Assembly: GCA_963704565.1 (NCBI GenBank)
Contig: OY969917.1
Location: forward strand, 3,003,257-3,067,256
Source of the DNA: an uncultured Pseudomonadota bacterium
GTDB taxonomy: Bacteria > Pseudomonadota > Alphaproteobacteria > Rhizobiales > Beijerinckiaceae
Length of the DNA: 64,000 nucleotides
Direction: 5' to 3'
Under the pieces are notes generated by a model. That model did not search any database. It was given only the letters and a program-made list of their open reading frames with translations, and was not told the origin of the DNA. Positions 58,001 to 64,000 of the stretch are shown here, one piece after another. The stretch's first letter is position 1; the number at the start of each line of letters is the position of its first letter. Position numbers and translations under genes: made by a program.

Positions 58001-59722
58001 TTATTTGGTTTCGCGGGCCTTGAGCGCGGCGCCGAGAATGTCGCCGAGCGAGGCGCCCGAATCGGCGGAGCCATATTGGGCGATGGCTTCCTTCTCTTCG
58101 GCCACTTCCAGCGCCTTGATCGACACGGCGACCTTGCGGGCCTTGCGGTCGAACAAAGTGACGCGGGCGTCCACCTTCTCGCCGACGGCGAAACGGTCGG
58201 GGCGCTGGTCGGCGCGGTCGCGGGCGAGTTCGGCGCGCTTGATGAAGGCCTGAAGGTCGGTTCCGACGATCTTCACTTCGAGGCCGCCGTCCTTGACTTC
58301 GAGTATTTCGCAGGTGACGATCGCGCCCTTCTTCAGCTCGCCGTCATCGCCGGCCGAGGCCGTGACGAAGGGGTCGCCGCCAAGCTGCTTGACGCCAAGC
58401 GAGATGCGCTCCTTCTCGACATCGACGTCGAGAACGCGGGCGCGCACCATGTCGCCCTTCTTGTAGTCCTCGATCGCCTGCTCGCCGGGGCGGTTCCAGT
58501 CGAGGTCGGAGAGATGGACCATGCCGTCCACATCGCCGTCGAGGCCGATGAACAGGCCGAATTCGGTCTTGTTCTTGACCTCGCCTTCGACATCGGAGCC
58601 CACCGGATGCTTCTCGGCGAAGGCGTCCCAGGGGTTCTGCAAGGTCTGCTTGAGGCCCAGCGAAATGCGGCGCTTGACGGAATCGACTTCCAGCACCTGC
58701 ACGTCCACTTCCTGGCTGGTCGAAACGATCTTGCCGGGATGGACGTTCTTCTTGGTCCAGGACATTTCGGAGACGTGGATCAGGCCTTCGATGCCCGGCT
58801 CCAGTTCGACGAAGGCGCCGTAGTCGGTGATGTTGGTCACGCGGCCATGGAAGCGGGCCTCGATCGGATATTTGGCCTCGATGCCCTGCCACGGATCGTC
58901 GAGCAGCTGCTTCATGCCCAGCGAGATGCGGTGGGTTTCGTGATTGATCTTGATGATCTTCACCTTCACCGTCTGGCCGATGTTGAGCACTTCGGACGGA
59001 TGGTTGACGCGGCGCCAGGCGATGTCGGTGACATGCAGCAGGCCGTCGATGCCGCCGAGATCGACGAAAGCGCCGTAATCGGTGATGTTCTTCACCACGC
59101 CGTCGATCGTCACGCCCTCTTCGAGATTGGCGACGATCTCGTGGCGCTGTTCGGCGCGGCTCTCTTCCAGCACGGTGCGGCGCGACACCACGATATTGCC
59201 GCGGCGGCGGTCCATTTTCAGGATCTGGAACGGCTGCGGCACGCCAAGCAGCGGCGTCACGTCGCGGATCGGACGGATATCGACCTGCGAACGCGGCAGG
59301 AAGGCCACGGCGCCGTCGAGATCGACGGTGAAGCCGCCCTTGACCTGGTTGAAGATGACGCCTTCGACCTTTTCGGCGGCCTCGAAGGCCTTTTCGAGCT
59401 TGACCCAGCTCTCTTCGCGGCGCGCCTTGTCGCGCGAGATCACGGCTTCGCCGAGCGCGTTTTCGACGCGTTCGAGATAGACTTCGACTTCCTCGCCGAC
59501 CTTGGGGGCGGCGTCCCGGCCATGGCCGGTGAATTCCTTGAGCGGCACCCGGCCTTCGGTCTTGAGGCCGATGTCGATGACCGCGACATCCTTTTCGATG
59601 GCGACCACGCGGCCCTTGACCACGGAGCCTTCGAAAGCTTCGTTCTCGCCATAGGATTCAGCGAGCAGGGCGGCAAAATCGTCACGCGACGGGTTCATTC
59701 CCGCGATATTGGCAGAGGACAT
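58001..59722 (-). CDS. rpsA: 30S ribosomal protein S1
   Basis: An AGGAGA RBS is present. It has six S1 repeats (e.g. G.VV.G.V, GLLH.S.I, GL.H.SE.SW). The product is 573 aa. Confidence 0.97.
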   Translation of the reverse strand: MSSANIAGMNPSRDDFAALLAESYGENEAFEGSVVKGRVVAIEKDVAVIDIGLKTEGRVPLKEFTGHGRDAAPKVGEEVEVYLERVENALGEAVISRDKARREESWVKLEKAFEAAEKVEGVIFNQVKGGFTVDLDGAVAFLPRSQVDIRPIRDVTPLLGVPQPFQILKMDRRRGNIVVSRRTVLEESRAEQRHEIVANLEEGVTIDGVVKNITDYGAFVDLGGIDGLLHVTDIAWRRVNHPSEVLNIGQTVKVKIIKINHETHRISLGMKQLLDDPWQGIEAKYPIEARFHGRVTNITDYGAFVELEPGIEGLIHVSEMSWTKKNVHPGKIVSTSQEVDVQVLEVDSVKRRISLGLKQTLQNPWDAFAEKHPVGSDVEGEVKNKTEFGLFIGLDGDVDGMVHLSDLDWNRPGEQAIEDYKKGDMVRARVLDVDVEKERISLGVKQLGGDPFVTASAGDDGELKKGAIVTCEILEVKDGGLEVKIVGTDLQAFIKRAELARDRADQRPDRFAVGEKVDARVTLFDRKARKVAVSIKALEVAEEKEAIAQYGSADSGASLGDILGAALKARETK

Positions 59723-59940
59723 ATTTTCTCCTGAAACGCCCGGTCGGGCGGCGCCGGTTGGGTTAGCGTTGCGTTGGCTCCTAAACCGCCGGCGCGCATC
59801 TTGGTTCGATGCGCCTCACTAAAAAAGTGTCCGGCGCGGGCCGGCGGGCAGGAGCGGGTTTTTCGCGGATAATTCCACGAAGACTGTCGGCTAGCAGCTT
59901 TGCTTGTTTCTGGCAAGGCGTTGCAAGCGCGCCCGGCCGC

Positions 59941-59973
59941 AAAAAACAAGGGCGCCGTCGCGCGACGGCGCCC
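59941..59973 (-). terminator. rho-independent terminator after serA
   Basis: On the minus strand, GGGCGCCGTC-GCGC-GACGGCGCCC is followed by TTGTTTTTT. It lies 22 nt after the serA stop. Confidence 0.85.
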
Positions 59974-59995
59974 CCGAACCTGTTTTTCAAAAGGA

Positions 59996-61240
59996 TCAGC
60001 GTTCGTAGATGATGCGGGCGCGGATCGTGCCTTCCAGCGCCCGGATTTCGTCGAGCGCCTGTTCGCAATTCTCGTGCGAGCCGTCGGCCTCGATCACCAC
60101 ATAGCCGACGTCGCCGTCGGTTTGCAGGAATTCCGAGGCGATGTTCATGCCGCGCCGCGAGAAAATGTCGTTCAGCTTGCTCAGCATGCCCGGCACATTG
60201 CGGTGAACGTGCATGTAGCGCGTGCCCTGCGGGCGCGGCGGCAGCTGAACTTCCGGGAAATTCACGGCGCCCAGCGTCGAGCCGATGTCGGAATAATCGA
60301 TCAGCTTGCGCGCCACTTCCACGCCGATGCGCTCCTGCGCTTCCTCGGTCGAGCCGCCGATATGCGGGGTGAGGATGACATTGTCGAGGCCCTGGAGCGG
60401 CGAGACGAATTTCTCCTTATTGCCCGCCGGCTCTTTCGGAAAGGTGTCCACAACCGCGCCGCGCAGATGCTTGTCCTTGAGCGCACGGGCCAAAGCGTCC
60501 ACGTCCACCGTGGTGCCGCGGGCGTTGTTGATGAAATAGGCGCCCTTTTTCATGGCGCGGAACTGGGCCTCGCCCATCATGTTCTTGGTCTGCGGCGTCT
60601 CCGGCACATGGAGGCTGACCACGTCCGACTGGGCCAGCAGCTCGCCGAGGGTCTTGCAAGGCTCGGCGTTGCCGTGGCGCAGCTTGTCGACCACGTCGAA
60701 ATAGACCACCTTCATGCCCATGGCCTCGGCGAGCGTGGACAATTGGGCGCCGATATTGCCGTAGCCGACGATGCCGAGCGTCTTGCCGCGCACTTCCGTG
60801 CTGTCGGTGGCGCTCTTGTCCCAGCCGCCCTCGTGCGCGTCGACCGAGCGCGGAAAAATGCGGCGCATCAGCATGACGATTTCGCCGATGGTCAGCTCCG
60901 CCACCGAGCGGGTGTTGGAGAAGGGCGCGTTGAACACCGGAATGCCGCGGACGCGGGCGGCGGGGAGCGAGACCTGATTGGTGCCGATGCAGAAACAGCC
61001 CACCGCGATCAGCCGGTCGGCGGCCTCGAACACTTCTTCCTTGAGCTTGGTGCGCGAGCGGATGCCGACCATATGCACGCCCTGCAACGCCTCGCGCAGT
61101 TCCGCGCCGTCCAGCGCCTTGGTCAGGCGGGTGACGTTCTGATAGCCGGCGGCGTGGAAAAGATCGACCGCGCTCGGGTGGATGCCTTCGAGCAGCAGGA
61201 TCTTGATCTTGTCCTTGGCGAGCGACAGTTTTGCATTCAT
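59996..61240 (-). CDS. serA: D-3-phosphoglycerate dehydrogenase (E. coli type, with ACT domain)
   Basis: It is collinear with E. coli SerA by eye (KLSLAKDKIKILLLEG, GCFCIGTNQV, GIPVFNAPFSNTRSVAEL, GYG.IG.QL, LTPHIGGST.EAQ, GTIRAR). ATG 61240 is preferred, and 61243 and 61258 are alternatives. Confidence 0.95.
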   Translation of the reverse strand: MNAKLSLAKDKIKILLLEGIHPSAVDLFHAAGYQNVTRLTKALDGAELREALQGVHMVGIRSRTKLKEEVFEAADRLIAVGCFCIGTNQVSLPAARVRGIPVFNAPFSNTRSVAELTIGEIVMLMRRIFPRSVDAHEGGWDKSATDSTEVRGKTLGIVGYGNIGAQLSTLAEAMGMKVVYFDVVDKLRHGNAEPCKTLGELLAQSDVVSLHVPETPQTKNMMGEAQFRAMKKGAYFINNARGTTVDVDALARALKDKHLRGAVVDTFPKEPAGNKEKFVSPLQGLDNVILTPHIGGSTEEAQERIGVEVARKLIDYSDIGSTLGAVNFPEVQLPPRPQGTRYMHVHRNVPGMLSKLNDIFSRRGMNIASEFLQTDGDVGYVVIEADGSHENCEQALDEIRALEGTIRARIIYER

Positions 61241-61306
61241 CATTTGCTCCAGGGGCATTTGTTCTTGAGACCGGCGACGCGGAAACCTCGGAACGTCTTG
61301 ATCATT

Positions 61307-61759
61307 TCAGAACGTCTTGGCCTTCAGCGGAATCGGTTGCGGCGCGCCGTTTTCGTCGAGGATGGAAAAGCGGTAGCGCCCGGTCTCATCGACATCGATC
61401 TGATAGGACAGCCGGTCGATGACGCGGTTTTCGCGGTCGAAGGCGAGCACCTTGGGCCGCAAAGTGGGGATTTCGTCGGCGTCGATATAGATCGAGCTGC
61501 AAATGATGATCTGGTCGCCCGGCTGGCAGGTGCGCGCCGCCGCGCCATTGAGGATGCAGCAGCGCGAGCCGCGCTCGCCGAGAATGACATAAGTCGAGAT
61601 GCGCGCGCCGGAGTTCTTGTTCCAGATCTCGACGAATTCGAGCGGCAGGATCCCCGCTTCCTCGCAATGATCGGGGTCGAGCGTGATCGAGCCGTGATAG
61701 TCGATATTGGCGTCCGTCACGTGAATTCCGTGCAGTTTGGCGCCGACAACCTTGCGCAT
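61307..61759 (-). CDS. panD: aspartate 1-decarboxylase (pyruvoyl-dependent) with extended C-terminus
   Basis: Internal ATG 61759. [17 protein letters not shown]|ITLD contains the Gly-Ser self-cleavage site, and GAR.STYVI.GERGS...LNGAAAR is present. At 150 aa it is longer than the 126-aa E. coli protein. Confidence 0.9.
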   Translation of the reverse strand: MRKVVGAKLHGIHVTDANIDYHGSITLDPDHCEEAGILPLEFVEIWNKNSGARISTYVILGERGSRCCILNGAAARTCQPGDQIIICSSIYIDADEIPTLRPKVLAFDRENRVIDRLSYQIDVDETGRYRFSILDENGAPQPIPLKAKTF

Positions 61760-61848
61760 TGACCGTCCTTGAAGCTGATGGAGCCTCATCCTTGCCGCGC
61801 TCATAACCGTTTTCGCGCGGAATCGCCAGCACGCCCTTCGTCGGGCGC

Positions 61849-62250
61849 TCAATCGGGCGCAAAATCCAGCGCCACGCCATTGATGCAATAGCGCAAATGG
61901 GTCGGCGGCGGGCCGTCCTCGAAGACATGGCCGAGATGGCCGCCGCACTGGCTGCAATGGACCTCGTTGCGGACCATGAAATGGCTGAGGTCGCGGCTGG
62001 TCTCGATCGCGCCGGGCAGGGGGTCGAAAAAGCTCGGCCAGCCGGTGCCGCTCTCGAATTTCTGCTTCGAGCGGAACAGCTCCTGGCCGCAGCCGGCGCA
62101 GCGGAACAGGCCGGGGCGCTTCTCGTGGTTGAGCGCGCAGGAGCCCGGCCGCTCGGTGCCATGGCCGCGCAGCACGTCATATTGTTCGGGCGTGAGCCGC
62201 GCGCGCCATTCCTCATCGCTTCGCGCGACCTTGAAAACCTTCGACGTCAT
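61849..62250 (-). CDS. msrB: peptide-methionine (R)-S-oxide reductase
   Basis: The two CxxC zinc motifs are CAGCG and [17 protein letters not shown] and the RYCINGVAL catalytic Cys motif are present. Confidence 0.95.
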   Translation of the reverse strand: MTSKVFKVARSDEEWRARLTPEQYDVLRGHGTERPGSCALNHEKRPGLFRCAGCGQELFRSKQKFESGTGWPSFFDPLPGAIETSRDLSHFMVRNEVHCSQCGGHLGHVFEDGPPPTHLRYCINGVALDFAPD

Positions 62251-62380
62251 GGGGGCCTCCCGGCGGAACAGGCTATAAATAGAGCTTTTTCGCGCTGCAA
62301 CAAGCAGGGCGGAGAAGAGGCGCGTTGCCAGTCGCGAGGAAATCGGTCTAAACAGGCTTTAAGCCGTTGCGGGCCAGGTG

Positions 62381-62456
62381 GGGCCGGTAGCTCAATGGTT
62401 AGAGCCGGCCGCTCATAACGGTCTGGTTGCAGGTTCGAGTCCTGCCCGGCCCACCA
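62381..62456 (+). tRNA. tRNA-Met (anticodon CAT; elongator-type, and a lysidine-modified tRNA-Ile2 cannot be excluded)
   Basis: GGGCCGG...CCGGCCCACCA. It has anticodon stem GGCCG/CGGTC with loop CTCATAA and T-arm GCAGGTTCGAGTCCTGC. Position 1:72 is a G:C pair, so it is not an initiator. Confidence 0.88.
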
Positions 62457-62569
62457 ATTTCACGCCTTGGCGGCAATTCGCGGCAAGGCGCGCAAAAATT
62501 TCATTGGCGCGCTTGCCCGAAGACGATGTCGCCAGTATGTTCCGCCCCCACACCGGTCCCGCCGGAAAT

Positions 62570-62644
62570 TGGGGCGTCGCCAAGCGGTAAGGCAGCGGAT
62601 TTTGATTCCGCCATACGGAGGTTCGAATCCTCCCGCCCCAGCCA
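62570..62644 (+). tRNA. tRNA-Gln (anticodon TTG)
   Basis: TGGGGCG...CGCCCCAGCCA with U1:A72. It has anticodon stem GCGGA/TCCGC with loop TTTTGAT and T-arm GGAGGTTCGAATCCTCC. Confidence 0.92.
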
Positions 62645-62732
62645 ACTTTCCTAGCCGGCACAAATTCGGCTAAATCATTGACTCTGCACACGCCCCAGAT
62701 GTTTCGTAGACAGCGGCGCTCGAGTTTCGAGC

Positions 62733-64000
62733 CTAGCTGGCCGCGGTGATCTGCGGATTCGGCGTCAGGGCGGCGGCGGCGAAAAAGTCGCCCTGAAGAT
62801 AATCGACGCCCCAGTCGCGCAGCAGGTCGGCGGTGTCCTTGTCCTCGACCCATTCCGCCACCACCGGAATGCCGACATGGCGCGCGAGATCGATCAGGGT
62901 GCGCACGAAAAAGCGGTCGTCTTCCGATCGCGCCATGTTCTGCACGAAAGCGCCGTCGATCTTCACCATGTCGAAGTTGAAGCGCCGCAGGTTCTTGAAC
63001 GAGGTGTGGCCGGCGCCGAAATCGTCCATCACGACCTTGGCTCCGAATTGCTTGAGGCCCGACACCGCCTTGATGGTCGCCTCGACGTCTTCGATGGCGC
63101 AGGTTTCGGTCAGCTCGATGGTCAGCCGGTGGACGAGGTCCGGATCGGGTTCGAGCAAAGCGCGCAGGCGCGAAAAGAAATCCGGCTCGTGCAAGGTTTG
63201 GCCCGAAACATTCACCGCGATCCGCATGTCCGGGTGTTCCGCCAGCTTTTTCAGGGCGAGTTCAAGCACACGCTGGTCGATCATCTGAATCAGCCCCGAC
63301 TTTTCCGCCGTCGGCAGAATGCTGGCGGGCGCCACCAGGGAGCCGTCGGGACGGCGCAGACGCATCAAGGCCTCATAGAGCTCCGGCTCGCCGGTCGCGG
63401 CGCGCACCAGCGGCTGAAGCGCGATGAGGATTCGCCCTTCGTTCAGGGCGGAAACGATTTCGTCGGAGATTTTCAGCGACCGCATCCGCAAATCTTCGCG
63501 CGCCAGCGACGGTTCGTAGAGGACGAAACGCGCCGCGCCGGGTTGACGCGCCAGGTCCAGCGCCTCTTCGGCGTGCTGGAACAAAACATGGGCCGAGCGG
63601 CCGTTGCGCGGCCCGACCGCGCCGCCGATGCGCAAGGAAACCGGCGCGGGACCGGCGCTGGTCTCGAATGGCGTCGTGGCGACGACCTCGATCAGCCGTT
63701 CGGCCGCCGCGTTCAATTGGTCGTTGTCGCAATTTTCCAGAACGAGCCCGAATTTGTTGCCGGCGTAGCGGGCGAGAAGATCGCGTTCGCGGCAGTTGGC
63801 CCGCAGCAGGTTGGCGAGGCCGGCGATGACCTGATCGGCGACATCGTAGCCATAGGTGCGGTTGAGCATGAACAGATTGTCCACGCCGATCAGCAGGGCG
63901 CCGAAGGATTGTTTGCGCTTGGCGGCGGCGGCGAAAAGATGGGTGGTCTGCTCCAGCAGGTTCGCGCGGTTCAGCACCCCGGTCAAACTGTCGAAGCGCG
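62733..64000 (-). CDS. GGDEF(degenerate)-EAL domain protein, probable c-di-GMP phosphodiesterase (5' end outside the window)
   Basis: The frame is open to the window edge (..RFDSLTGVLNR). The GGDEF site reads RYAGNKF. The EAL domain has YEALMRL, ELTE, DDFGAGHTS, EWVE and QGDFF. Confidence 0.88.
   Translation of the reverse strand, partial: RFDSLTGVLNRANLLEQTTHLFAAAAKRKQSFGALLIGVDNLFMLNRTYGYDVADQVIAGLANLLRANCRERDLLARYAGNKFGLVLENCDNDQLNAAAERLIEVVATTPFETSAGPAPVSLRIGGAVGPRNGRSAHVLFQHAEEALDLARQPGAARFVLYEPSLAREDLRMRSLKISDEIVSALNEGRILIALQPLVRAATGEPELYEALMRLRRPDGSLVAPASILPTAEKSGLIQMIDQRVLELALKKLAEHPDMRIAVNVSGQTLHEPDFFSRLRALLEPDPDLVHRLTIELTETCAIEDVEATIKAVSGLKQFGAKVVMDDFGAGHTSFKNLRRFNFDMVKIDGAFVQNMARSEDDRFFVRTLIDLARHVGIPVVAEWVEDKDTADLLRDWGVDYLQGDFFAAAALTPNPQITAAS

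Overview
High-GC (roughly mid-60s %) chromosomal core segment whose gene order looks like an alphaproteobacterium of the Hyphomicrobiales/Rhizobiales type; I cannot name the genus from sequence alone. I support about 75 protein-coding genes, 4 tRNAs (Leu-CAG, Ala-GGC, Met-CAT, Gln-TTG), several promoters and rho-independent terminators, and three repeat families. Most of the content is housekeeping. This includes infC-rpmI-rplT-pheS-pheT, fumA, phaZ, msrA/msrB, hrcA, rpsT, cysK, dut-coaBC and ubiB-ubiE. It also includes mutM, trmB-metK, the plsC-miaB-phoH-ybeY-corC-lnt operon, rimI-tsaB, trpS, hslVU, hisB-H-A-F-E-coaA, trpF, ihfB, sppA, rpsA, serA and panD. I found no transposase, integrase, phage gene, CRISPR array or recognisable defence or secretion system, and I see no convincing large novel system. 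Eight things seem worth a second look. (1) A ~105-bp bipartite palindromic MITE/REP-like element with CTAGAGC terminal inverted repeats occurs in 3 copies. Its hairpin shows a compensatory base-pair change, and one copy supplies the stop codon and C-terminus of a SemiSWEET gene. (2) A small 3-TM gene is inserted between pheS and pheT. (3) A Cys-rich GDCCVxC protein appears translationally coupled to a Crp/Fnr regulator that lacks an ATG/GTG start, next to DUF2892 and a His-rich CDF exporter. (4) The metK leader has a long-range anti-Shine-Dalgarno helix. (5) A signal-peptide-bearing Cys/Trp/Arg-rich 75-aa peptide is followed by 20-bp direct repeats and a solitary vsr. (6) A DsbA-like isomerase gene is collapsed in frame. 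(7) infC probably starts at AUU. (8) Tandem 14-bp repeats reiterate the rimI stop codon. Long ORFs antisense to real genes are treated as GC-driven shadow ORFs. The ORF track uses TTG/GTG as M, so several starts were re-evaluated by hand.
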